Shown: positions 16,748 to 26,040, counted from the first letter of the stretch. The stretch: DNA of 32,000 bases from Faecousia sp. (GCA_045591725.1 JAZNTI010000042.1:11464-43463); one strand, 5' to 3'. Notes: a model not told the origin generated them from the sequence alone. Translations and numbers: made by a program.

Positions 16748-18376
16748 TTATTCTGCAGAGATCAGATAGTAATACACCGGCTGACCGCCACTGAGCAGAT
16801 TCACATCCGCATTAGGACAGACCTGCATGAACAGATCCGCAACCTTCTGGGCCTGCTTTTCGGTGATATCCGCACCGTAGTAAATGGTGATATACTCCTT
16901 GCCGGTCTCGCAAACCTTCTCGGCCAGCCGCTTCAGCAGGGACTTAATGTCCTGGCTGGTGCCGAAAAGCGCGCTGCCATACAGCGCAAGGTAGTCACCC
17001 TCTTTGATCTGATAGCCGCCAAACTCGGAGTCACGGGCAGCATAAGTGACCTGCAGGGTATCCACGGTCGCCAAAGGCTCCGTCATGGCTTCCACATTCT
17101 CCTCGATGGTGCCATCGGGGTTGAAGTTCAGCATGGCGGTAATGCCCTGAGGAATGGTCTTGCTGGGAATGACCACCACATTCTTGGGGGTCAGCGCATT
17201 GACCTGCTCGGCTGCCATGATGATATTCTTATTGTTGGGCAGAATGAATACCGTCTCCGCGGGAACGGTATTGACCACTTCCAGAATATCCTGAGTGCTG
17301 GGGTTCATGGTCTGTCCGCCGGACACCATGCCATCCACGCCCAGATTGCCGAAAACCTCTGCAATGCCGGCACCCACAGAAACAGAGACCACGCCAATAG
17401 GCTTGGTGGGCTCGGCGATCTTGGGAGCCATTTCCTGCTCACTCATGACCTTTTCGGTATGCTGCAGACGCATATTTTCGATCTTCACAGTGACAAAAGA
17501 GCCGTAATCAATAGCCTCATGCAGCGCTTTGCCGGGGTCATTGGTATGAACATGGACCTTGATGATCTCATCGTCATCTACCAGCACCAGGCTGTCGCCA
17601 AGGCTGCTGAGGAACTCCCGAAGTTTCTCGGGATCATTGTCATTTTCGCGGGAAATAATGAACTCCGTGCAATAAGTGAAGGTAATATCCTCGGTGTCAA
17701 AATCGGAGAAATCCGCAGCCTCCTTGACATCCGATGTCATTCCCTCAGGCACAACGATATCTTCGCCCTGCAGCGCCAGCATCATAGCCTCCAGCGCCAC
17801 CAGCCAGCCCTTACCGCCGGCGTCCACAACGCCCGCCTTCTTCAGCACAGGATTCTGATTCACGGTATTGGTCAGCGCCACCTTTGCCTCTTCAATGGCA
17901 GCGGCGTGGACAAACTCGATATGGTTATTCTCCTGAGAAGCCTCAATGGCCTTGTCAGCAGCCAAACGGGCAACGGTCAGAATCGTGCCCTCGGCAGGCT
18001 TCATAACAGCCTTATAGGCAGCATCCACACCCTCGCGCAGAGCCTGCGCCCACAGAACGCCATCGCATTCGGTCTCGCCCTTGAGTTTTCTGGAAATGCC
18101 TCTGAACAGCAGGCTCAGAATAACGCCGGAATTGCCTCTGGCACCACGCAGAGTGGCGGAAGCAGTTGCGCCGGCAGCCTTCTCCAGCGAAGGATCTTCC
18201 AACTTGCGCAGATCGGCGGCTGCGGCATTGATCGTCATGGACATATTGGTGCCGGTATCGCCATCGGGCACGGGAAAGACGTTCAGTTCGTTCAGCGCCT
18301 GCTTATTGATCTCAATGGATGCAGCAGCATTGATCACCATGCGGCGGAATGCTGCGCCGTGAATTATCTGTCTCAA
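16748..18376 (-). CDS. DAK2-domain protein (YloV / FakA-like)
   Basis: 542 aa with the DGDTGTNM motif of the Dak2 phosphatase/kinase domain. The start is TTG, 9 nt after GGAGG. It is paired with an upstream Asp23 gene, as in the yloU-yloV arrangement. Confidence 0.9.
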   Translation of the reverse strand: MRQIIHGAAFRRMVINAAASIEINKQALNELNVFPVPDGDTGTNMSMTINAAAADLRKLEDPSLEKAAGATASATLRGARGNSGVILSLLFRGISRKLKGETECDGVLWAQALREGVDAAYKAVMKPAEGTILTVARLAADKAIEASQENNHIEFVHAAAIEEAKVALTNTVNQNPVLKKAGVVDAGGKGWLVALEAMMLALQGEDIVVPEGMTSDVKEAADFSDFDTEDITFTYCTEFIISRENDNDPEKLREFLSSLGDSLVLVDDDEIIKVHVHTNDPGKALHEAIDYGSFVTVKIENMRLQHTEKVMSEQEMAPKIAEPTKPIGVVSVSVGAGIAEVFGNLGVDGMVSGGQTMNPSTQDILEVVNTVPAETVFILPNNKNIIMAAEQVNALTPKNVVVIPSKTIPQGITAMLNFNPDGTIEENVEAMTEPLATVDTLQVTYAARDSEFGGYQIKEGDYLALYGSALFGTSQDIKSLLKRLAEKVCETGKEYITIYYGADITEKQAQKVADLFMQVCPNADVNLLSGGQPVYYYLISAE

Positions 18377-18395
18377 AACACACTACCTCCAATTA

Positions 18396-18749
18396 TCAGC
18401 CGACCATCATGGAGTCAACGTGCACATTCACCGCACGGACTTCAGAGCCGGTGGTCTTAGTGACCACATAACGCACCTCGGAGATGATGGAATTGGCAAC
18501 CGCCTGCAAATTCACGCCGCTGTCGACCATGATGTGCAGGTCGATGGTGACGGAATCGTCCTCATTCATCTGCACCTCCACGCCCTTGGACGCGGATTCC
18601 TTGCGCAGCAGATGATAAACGCCATCCTTAACGCTCCGGGCAGCCATGCCCTTCACGCCGAAACAATTGGTGGCAGCGGTACCTGCGATCTCGGTATAAA
18701 CATTGGTTGCCACGCGGATAATGCCATTGTCGTTACTTTGACGGATCAT
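18396..18749 (-). CDS. Asp23/Gls24 family envelope stress protein (YloU-like)
   Basis: 117 aa; the IAGTAATNCFGVKGMA region is typical of Asp23. GGAGG RBS is present. Confidence 0.9.
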   Translation of the reverse strand: MIRQSNDNGIIRVATNVYTEIAGTAATNCFGVKGMAARSVKDGVYHLLRKESASKGVEVQMNEDDSVTIDLHIMVDSGVNLQAVANSIISEVRYVVTKTTGSEVRAVNVHVDSMMVG

Positions 18750-18768
18750 ATCGTTACCTCCTGAAGAA

Positions 18769-20328
<1,560 letters not shown>

Positions 20329-20385
20329 AAACAAAATAACCTCCAAACCGCCAAAAGCGGTAAATTGCAAATTTCTACGCATAGT

Positions 20386-20414
20386 ATTTTACTACATTTA
20401 TGCGCAACTTACAA
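20386..20414 (-). promoter_or_regulatory. Putative gpmI promoter
   Basis: Minus strand reads TTGTAA (20414..20409), a 17-nt spacer, then TAAAAT (20391..20386). Confidence 0.35.
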
Positions 20415-20443
20415 GCAATTTTTGCACTTTTTCTTATTCTGCC

Positions 20444-20489
20444 AAAAAAATCCCGGAAAATGGAGACCTTTTAGTTCCATTTTCCGGGG
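20444..20489 (-). terminator. Intrinsic terminator after the Cys-repeat lipoprotein gene
   Basis: A hairpin of about 14 bp, TCCCGGAAAATGGA (20451..20464) / TCCATTTTCCGGGG (20476..20489), is followed on the minus strand by TTTTTTT (20450..20444). Confidence 0.8.
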
Positions 20490-20504
20490 AATATTAAGAA
20501 AGTT

Positions 20505-21452
20505 TTAAGCCACCACAGAAATACTGTTACCGTTAAGATCCTTCACCCGAACAAAGATTGCTTCCTCCACACCAATGAACTCTGCATAACCCTCCATCTC
20601 CAATTTTCCGTCCTGAAGAGTAAACTGCATAGGCTCCAATAAATTCCAGTTAAGACCGGCGTAGATGGTATCCCCATCTACATAATAATTGTACTTATAC
20701 GTCAATGCATCATAAAGCGTTTCGAAATCCACCATCTCCAGAGACTCATCCACGTACTCCTCGATGCTCATGCCCGCATTTACTTTGAAATATTCATCAG
20801 CATCCTCTCTGCTGATGCCGGAATACTCCAGTTCCGCATAAATGCTCTCCATGACATAAACTTTCAGAAGCGCATAGAACTCATCGGTTATGTGCACATC
20901 CACTTCCATAGACATCACGCCATCATTGGAGAACGTAATTAAGAAGGTCACATCCATCGTACCCTCAAAACCTTCCATGCCCATCATTTCGCCGGTAAAG
21001 GTAGCGGTATTCGCCCAAGTGCCGAACAGTTGCTGGCAGGCAGCAGTGGTAAAACGAGGATCGGTAATGATCCGCTCGCCCTCGGTTTTCTGGCAAGTGG
21101 TACAAGTCTTCGGTGCTTCGGTGGTAGCGTCCACCCAGGTATGTCCCAAAGCAGCACCCTCTGTCTTATTGCACACGGAGCAAGTCTTGGGTGTTTCGCA
21201 GTCGGCATCTACCCAAGTGTGACCCAGAGCCTCACCCTCGGTCTTATTACACACGGAGCAGGTCTTAGCCGTCTCGCAGTCGGCATCCACCCACTTGTGG
21301 CCCAGGGCTTCGCCCTCTGTTTCGCCGCATTCTGCACAGGTCTTGGGTGTCTCGCAATTGGCAGCGTTCCAAATCTCATGCTTGCAGCCACAGCCGGCCA
21401 GCAACGCGGCGCACAAGATTGCCAGAACAAACAACATAACCGTTCTTTTCAT
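20505..21452 (-). CDS. Lipoprotein with four tandem 26-aa Cys-containing repeats and an uncharacterised C-terminal domain
   Basis: 315 aa; AGGAGG RBS. The signal peptide has the lipobox LLAGC. The repeat is GH(K/T)WVDADCET(P/A)KTCSVCNKTEG(E/A)AL, present four times. An acidic domain of about 190 aa with no recognised motifs follows. Confidence 0.8.
   Translation of the reverse strand: MKRTVMLFVLAILCAALLAGCGCKHEIWNAANCETPKTCAECGETEGEALGHKWVDADCETAKTCSVCNKTEGEALGHTWVDADCETPKTCSVCNKTEGAALGHTWVDATTEAPKTCTTCQKTEGERIITDPRFTTAACQQLFGTWANTATFTGEMMGMEGFEGTMDVTFLITFSNDGVMSMEVDVHITDEFYALLKVYVMESIYAELEYSGISREDADEYFKVNAGMSIEEYVDESLEMVDFETLYDALTYKYNYYVDGDTIYAGLNWNLLEPMQFTLQDGKLEMEGYAEFIGVEEAIFVRVKDLNGNSISVVA
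21075..21383 (-). repeat. Four tandem 78-bp coding repeats inside the lipoprotein gene
   Basis: Near-identical DNA units are visible, for example ...GGTCTTATTACACACGGAGCAGGTCTT... and ...GTCTTATTGCACACGGAGCAAGTCTTGGG.... They correspond to protein residues about 24-126. Confidence 0.75.
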
Positions 21453-21516
21453 GGGGGATTCCTCCTATTTCTTTAGATTCCAATTCTATGATATCATTTT
21501 TTATTCGTAAATGCAA

Positions 21517-21541
21517 GGGGGGACGGCATATCCGTCCCCCC
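21517..21541 (-). terminator. GC-rich hairpin downstream of recG (possible terminator)
   Basis: A 10-bp stem GGGGGGACGG (21517..21526) / CCGTCCCCCC (21532..21541) with a 5-nt loop. No clean T-tract follows on the minus strand, so terminator function is uncertain. Confidence 0.4.
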
Positions 21542-21551
21542 CTAAATTTCA

Positions 21552-23600
21552 CTAATTCATCGTATCTTTTGCACGCAGGAACAGTTCACCGATACGTGCG
21601 CGCAATTCCTGCGCCTCCGGTGTATCCGATGTGCCGGAAGTTTCGATCCACCGGGCAGATGCCATTTGCGCATCCTTCAGTGTCTGCAGATCCATGGAAA
21701 GATTCGCCACCCGGAAAGTAGGCAGACCCGACTGCCGGCTGCCGAAGAAATCACCGGGACCGCGCAGGCGCAGATCTTCCTCCGCGATCTTAAATCCGTC
21801 GGTAGTGCCGCACAACGCCTTCAGCCGCGCCAAAGTTTCCGGATTTTTATTGTGGGAGGTCAAAATGCAATAACTCTTGGCTTTGCCGCGTCCCACCCGG
21901 CCGCGAAGTTGGTGCAGCTGGGAAAGACCGAAACGGTCCGCGTCCTCAATGACCATCAGCGTAGCATTGGGCACATCTACGCCCACCTCGATGACCGTGG
22001 TAGCCACCATTACATCCGCCTCGCCCCGGGCAAAGGACGCCATTGCACTTTCCTTTTCCGAAGCCTTCATCTGACCGTGCAGCAGTGCGATGCGCAGATC
22101 CGGGAACACCGTCTTTTGCAGCGTTTCCGCCCAGACCGTGGCAGATTTGATGTTCAGTTCTTCATTTTCCTCCACCGCCGGGCAGACGATAAAGCATTGA
22201 TGCTTTTCCGCCACATGCTTGCGGATAAAGGCATTGATCCGGGCGCGGTAGGATTCGTCCACCAGGAAAGTATCCACCTTTTGCCGTCCGGGAGGAAGTT
22301 CACCGATAACACTCACATCCAGATCGCCGTAGAGTAGCAGTGCCAGCGTTCTGGGAATGGGGGTAGCCGACATGACCAAAAGATGGGGGTCAGTACCCTT
22401 TTTCGAAAGTTTGGAACGCTGATCCACGCCAAAGCGGTGTTGTTCATCGGTAATGACCAGCCCCAACTCCCGAAATTCCGTGCTTTCGGAAAGCAGCGCA
22501 TGAGTACCCACCGCCAGATCCGCCCCGCCGGATGCCAGCGCATCCCGGACATTTTGCTTCTGCTTGGGCGTCATGGAGCCGGTAAGCAGCGCCGTACGGA
22601 TGCCAAATCGCTCCAAAAGCGGCGCAAGAGAATGGTAGTGCTGCTCCGCCAGAATTTCCGTAGGCGCCATCAGCGCCGCCTGCGCGCCGTTTTTCACCGC
22701 GCAGTAGGCCGCGGCAGCCGCCACCATGGTCTTGCCGCTACCCACATCGCCCTGCACAAGGCGGTTCATAGGCGCGCCGGATCCAAGATCGTGCAACACT
22801 TCCTCCACCGCGCGCATCTGCGCGCCGGTAAGGCTAAAAGGCAATGCCGCCAAAAACGGCTCAAGGTCCAAATCTTCATAGGGGCGGGTGGTCTTCTGCC
22901 CTCTTTGGGCGCGCATAAGCGCAAGACCGGCAGAGAACACAAAAAACTCTTCAAAAATGAGCCGGCGCTTTGCCAGTTCCGCCTCCGCCATGGAAGACGG
23001 CTCGTGAATGGCATAGTACGCCCGGTCCGCGCCCAAAATGCCGTACTGCTGCCGCACCTCGGCCGGAATGATCTCCCTGGGCGGATCGCAAAGCGCCAGC
23101 TCCTGACGCACGGCTTTAAGCACCGTGGCGTTATTCAGTCCTGCAGTCAGCGGATAAATGGGCAGCACCCGTCGGGTAGCCACCGGCGCGGAAGAGAGCG
23201 CTTCAAAAACCGGATTAACCATGCTGTAACCCACAAAATCGCCGGTTACCGCACCGTAAAACACATATTCCTGACCATATTTCAGCGATTCCGCCGCAAA
23301 TTTATTGTTAAAAAAAGTCACATTCAGTCGAGCGGTATGGTCCGCGATCTGCACTTTGGTCAAATCAAGTCCCTTGCGGATGTGACGGGTCTGGGGGGTG
23401 TTCATGACCATGGCCTTGAAACAGCCGGGCACATCCACCTCCAATTTGTCGATGGTGGTAAGCGCTGTGCGGTCCTCATAACCCCGGGGGAAATGACAGA
23501 TCAAATCCTGCAAAGTAAAGATATTCAGATTGTGAAACAATTTTGCCTTCGCCGGCCCAATACCCTTTAAAATAGTAATGGGATCAGAAAGTCTTGCCAT
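21552..23600 (-). CDS. recG: ATP-dependent DNA helicase RecG
   Basis: It has Walker A GDVGSGKT, a DEQHRFG box, an N-terminal wedge/OB region and helicase C motifs (QLRGRVGRG). The ATG at 23600 is preceded by AAGGAGG; the ORF-track start at 23705 is an extension. Confidence 0.95.
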   Translation of the reverse strand: MARLSDPITILKGIGPAKAKLFHNLNIFTLQDLICHFPRGYEDRTALTTIDKLEVDVPGCFKAMVMNTPQTRHIRKGLDLTKVQIADHTARLNVTFFNNKFAAESLKYGQEYVFYGAVTGDFVGYSMVNPVFEALSSAPVATRRVLPIYPLTAGLNNATVLKAVRQELALCDPPREIIPAEVRQQYGILGADRAYYAIHEPSSMAEAELAKRRLIFEEFFVFSAGLALMRAQRGQKTTRPYEDLDLEPFLAALPFSLTGAQMRAVEEVLHDLGSGAPMNRLVQGDVGSGKTMVAAAAAYCAVKNGAQAALMAPTEILAEQHYHSLAPLLERFGIRTALLTGSMTPKQKQNVRDALASGGADLAVGTHALLSESTEFRELGLVITDEQHRFGVDQRSKLSKKGTDPHLLVMSATPIPRTLALLLYGDLDVSVIGELPPGRQKVDTFLVDESYRARINAFIRKHVAEKHQCFIVCPAVEENEELNIKSATVWAETLQKTVFPDLRIALLHGQMKASEKESAMASFARGEADVMVATTVIEVGVDVPNATLMVIEDADRFGLSQLHQLRGRVGRGKAKSYCILTSHNKNPETLARLKALCGTTDGFKIAEEDLRLRGPGDFFGSRQSGLPTFRVANLSMDLQTLKDAQMASARWIETSGTSDTPEAQELRARIGELFLRAKDTMN

Positions 23601-23622
23601 GGCACTCACCTCCTTTTGATTT

Positions 23623-23651
23623 ATTATAGCACAATATTTTCCGCGCGGCAA
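23623..23651 (-). promoter_or_regulatory. Putative recG promoter
   Basis: Minus strand reads TTGCCG (23651..23646), a 17-nt spacer, then TATAAT (23628..23623) preceded by TGc (extended -10). Confidence 0.5.
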
Positions 23652-23790
23652 CCGTATATGCAAAGCCGTCCGACGAGAGATTTTGATATAGAAAAAGCAT
23701 CCCATGGCGCAGATGTATCAAGTATACCTCAAGCCACGGGATGCGCACTTATAGATCAAAGGATCCGTTGGGGTAAAATGAAAAAACTCC

Positions 23791-23820
23791 CTCCGGAAAA
23801 TGGGAGGGAGATATTTTCAG
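23791..23820 (-). terminator. rpsT intrinsic terminator
   Basis: Stem CTCCCTCC (23797..23804) / GGAGGGAG (23813..23820) is followed on the minus strand by TTTTTT (23796..23791). Confidence 0.8.
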
Positions 23821-23825
23821 AGAAA

Positions 23826-24089
23826 TCAGGCCAGCTTGTTCAGCTTCAGGGTCAGGCTGCTCTTCTTGCGGGCAGCATTATTCTTGTGCAGAAGACCCTT
23901 GTTGACAGCCTTATCAACGGACTGGACAGCGACAGTGTAAGCGGCAGCAGCAGCGACCTTGTCGCCGGTCAGCACAGCGGCGTCGAACTTCTTCAGGTTG
24001 GTCTTCAGCTCGGACTTATCAGCCTTGTTCTTCTCATAAGCGATCTTGGAACGGATGACATCCTTCTTAGAGGACTTAATGTTGGGCAT
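23826..24089 (-). CDS. rpsT: 30S ribosomal protein S20
   Basis: MPNIKSSKKDVIRS...AARKKS is a typical S20 sequence. The ATG at 24089 is preceded by AGGAGG; the ORF-track start at 24224 is an extension. Confidence 0.95.
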   Translation of the reverse strand: MPNIKSSKKDVIRSKIAYEKNKADKSELKTNLKKFDAAVLTGDKVAAAAAYTVAVQSVDKAVNKGLLHKNNAARKKSSLTLKLNKLA

Positions 24090-24134
24090 TTGGTTACACC
24101 TCCTACTTTGCCAATCTTGTTCATACAGATAAGC

Positions 24135-24163
24135 ATTATACCGCTGTTTTTTCGTAAAATCAA
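24135..24163 (-). promoter_or_regulatory. rpsT sigma-A promoter
   Basis: Minus strand reads TTGATT (24163..24158), a 17-nt spacer, then TATAAT (24140..24135). Confidence 0.6.
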
Positions 24164-24321
24164 TACCTTTTTGCAAAATTTTTTGAAAAAAAGCAAGCCA
24201 TTTGTGGGTTATTTTCCAAATCACGCCCTCAAGAGGAATGAAAAATATCTGTCAAGTACTATTTTTCACAAGAGCAAATGCCCTGTTGTGAAAATTATGA
24301 ATAGCGAAAAAGTGGGACATT

Positions 24322-24338
24322 TGTCGAAGGGTGTCGAA
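24322..24338 (+). promoter_or_regulatory. Tandem perfect Spo0A boxes (TGTCGAAgggTGTCGAA)
   Basis: Two exact copies of the 0A-box heptamer TGTCGAA lie at 24322..24328 and 24332..24338. They are direct repeats 10 bp apart. Confidence 0.5.
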
Positions 24339-24394
24339 AAATATTATGTCAACGGAAAAGATTATTACCCCCACTTTGGAAAAATCCCCTCCCC

Positions 24395-24506
24395 TGTGGA
24401 AAAGTCTGTGGAAAATGTGGAAAAGTCAAGCTGTGCAACACCCCAAACCCCGGTTTTCCCCTGTTTCAGGCTGTGGAAAAAGCAGAATATTTCAAACTTT
24501 TCCACA
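24395..24506. repeat. Array of five exact TGTGGAAAA / TTTTCCACA 9-mers (DnaA-box-like)
   Basis: TGTGGAAAA occurs at 24395..24403, 24407..24415, 24416..24424 and 24472..24480. The inverted copy TTTTCCACA is at 24498..24506. Each is one mismatch from the DnaA-box consensus TTATCCACA. A further TTATCCACC lies at 24702..24710. Confidence 0.6.
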
Positions 24507-24669
24507 ATCTTTTCCGTTGCGCCAAGATATTACGGAAACAAAAATCCGGCGCAAATTTTTCCCCATTTTTGCCTAAAAAGTTGAACTTTTCCAAAATACC
24601 GCGAATGCAGACGCCCAAAACACAAATAACCGAACAAAATTTTTGTGAAAATCCGCCAAAGATATTGGC

Positions 24670-24698
24670 GTATCATTTCGGGTGCGGTGGAAATACTC
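24670..24698 (+). promoter_or_regulatory. Putative forespore (sigma-F/sigma-G type) promoter of sigG
   Basis: GTATC (24670..24674), a 14-nt spacer, then GGAAATACT (24689..24697). This resembles the sigma-F pattern GYATA-N15-GGnnAnAHTR and lies about 35 nt upstream of the sigG ATG. Confidence 0.35.
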
Positions 24699-24730
24699 CT
24701 TTTATCCACCAAAGACACAGGAGGAAAACC

Positions 24731-25510
24731 ATGCAGGGAAAAGTCGAAATCTGCGGTGTGAACACCGCACGCCTGAAAACCCTGTCCCATGCGCAAATGG
24801 ACGAACTGCTGCTCAAAGCAAAACACGGCGATGAACGCGCCCGGCAGGACCTCATTGAGGGAAATCTGCGGCTGGTGCTTTCCGTGATCCAGCGCTTTGA
24901 CAAGCGGGGCGAAAACCCCGACGACCTTTTTCAGGTCGGCTGCATCGGTCTCATTAAAGCAATCTCCAATTTTGACCCCAGTAAAAACGTCCGCTTCTCC
25001 ACCTACGGCGTGCCCATGATTGCCGGCGAGGTTCGGCGCTACCTCAGAGACAACAGCGCCATACGGGTCTCCCGGTCCATCCGGGATGTGGCCTACCGGG
25101 TGCTGCAATGCAAAGAAGCACTGCTTTGCGCACTGGACCGGGAGCCCACACTGGACGAGATCGCAAAAGAACTGGATCTTTCCACCGAAGAAGTCAGCCA
25201 GGCACTGGAAGCAGTCTGCGCTCCGGTAAGCCTTTATGACCCCGTCTACTCCGACGGCAGCGAATCGCTGACTGTTATGGACCAGGTGCATGATACCCGG
25301 AACACCGAGGTCAACTGGATCGACCACATCACGCTGCAAAACGCCTTTAACGCCCTGGGAAAACGGGAAAAGCAGATCCTTTCCCTGCGCTTTGTAGGCG
25401 GCAAGACCCAAATGGAAGTGGCCGGCACGCTGGGCATCTCCCAGGCGCAGGTCTCCCGGCTGGAAAAGGGCGCCATTTCCGCCATGCGAAAATCCGTAAG
25501 CGTCTCCTAA
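24731..25510 (+). CDS. sigG: Sporulation sigma factor SigG (forespore-specific, sigma-70 family)
   Basis: 259 aa. VEICGVNT..., GNLRLVLSVIQRF, DLFQVGCIGLIKAI, RYLRDNSAIRVSRS and GISQAQVSRLEK closely parallel B. subtilis SigG as remembered. The ATG at 24731 is preceded by AGGAGGA. Confidence 0.9.
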   Translation: MQGKVEICGVNTARLKTLSHAQMDELLLKAKHGDERARQDLIEGNLRLVLSVIQRFDKRGENPDDLFQVGCIGLIKAISNFDPSKNVRFSTYGVPMIAGEVRRYLRDNSAIRVSRSIRDVAYRVLQCKEALLCALDREPTLDEIAKELDLSTEEVSQALEAVCAPVSLYDPVYSDGSESLTVMDQVHDTRNTEVNWIDHITLQNAFNALGKREKQILSLRFVGGKTQMEVAGTLGISQAQVSRLEKGAISAMRKSVSVS

Positions 25511-25545
25511 AAAACCGCCCCGACTATTATCGGGGCGGAATTATT
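25511..25545. terminator. Bidirectional terminator between sigG and the convergent membrane protein gene
   Basis: Stem CCGCCCCG (25515..25522) / CGGGGCGG (25531..25538), with AAAA on the 5' side and a T-rich stretch on the 3' side. Confidence 0.75.
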
Positions 25546-25551
25546 ATGCAC

Positions 25552-26022
25552 TTATTTCTCCCAAACAGGCACGGGGTCATGCAGTAGATCCAGCAAAGTC
25601 TCCCGACCTTCCTGCGCGCGATCCACAAACAGATAAGGAATGCACGAAGTAAGCGAAACAACCAGCACGACCACGGCGGACAATATATGCCACAAAGGCT
25701 GACTAATATCCGCGTCCTTGAGCATAAAGACCAGCATTCCCAGAAGATACAATATAACCAGCGACACCGGGTCGGTATAGCCGGGGAAAATCAGGCATCT
25801 GACCGTTGAGCCGCCCTCAGAAGGCGTTACAAAACCCACCGCCCGGTGCTTTGCCGAAGTAACTCTGCGATCCCACTCCCAATCGGTATGATGGGTGATG
25901 TAAAAGAAATTGCCCCACACCACGCCGGTAAAGCGGTCACAGCCGAAATTGGTCCAGGCATCCAGATTCTGCCGCATAGCGCGCAAATATTCTTTTTGCT
26001 CTTTATTGGAAACAATGCGCAT
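25552..26022 (-). CDS. Hypothetical protein with a soluble N-terminal half and two C-terminal TM helices
   Basis: 156-aa ORF with an AAGGAG RBS and no motif I recognise. It starts just after the SPFH terminator. Confidence 0.6.
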   Translation of the reverse strand: MRIVSNKEQKEYLRAMRQNLDAWTNFGCDRFTGVVWGNFFYITHHTDWEWDRRVTSAKHRAVGFVTPSEGGSTVRCLIFPGYTDPVSLVILYLLGMLVFMLKDADISQPLWHILSAVVVLVVSLTSCIPYLFVDRAQEGRETLLDLLHDPVPVWEK

Positions 26023-26040
26023 AAGGTTACTCCTTTTACA

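Noticed and set aside
16742-18460. 572-aa ORF antisense to the DAK2 and Asp23 genes
   Set aside because: The sense-strand genes carry clear family motifs and RBSs. The antisense ORF spans two genes and their intergenic gap, which is typical of a stop-poor reverse frame.
22383-23570. 395-aa ORF antisense to recG
   Set aside because: It is an Arg/His/Gly-rich reverse-frame artefact opposite the RecG helicase motifs.
24177-24193. Possible CodY box (AATTTTTTGAAAAAA) upstream of the rpsT promoter
   Set aside because: It matches only about 12 of 15 positions of AATTTTCWGAAAATT, in a generally AT-rich context. That is too weak to call.
24395-24424. The tandem 9-mers as a CRISPR array or minisatellite
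   Set aside because: The units are only 9-12 bp with no spacers of CRISPR size, and no cas genes are present.
24090-24730. The rpsT-sigG spacer as the chromosomal replication origin (oriC)
   Set aside because: There is no dnaA, dnaN or rpmH nearby. Gene orientation does not switch globally here, because sigG is followed at once by minus-strand genes. I saw no obvious DnaA-trio or 13-mer unwinding element. The region is kept as a DnaA-box-cluster finding rather than an oriC call, and whole-genome GC skew would settle the question.
24473-24730. N-terminal extension of sigG (345-aa ORF-track version)
   Set aside because: The extension is low-complexity translation of the AT-rich spacer. The ATG at 24731 has an AGGAGGA RBS and gives a protein collinear with known SigG.
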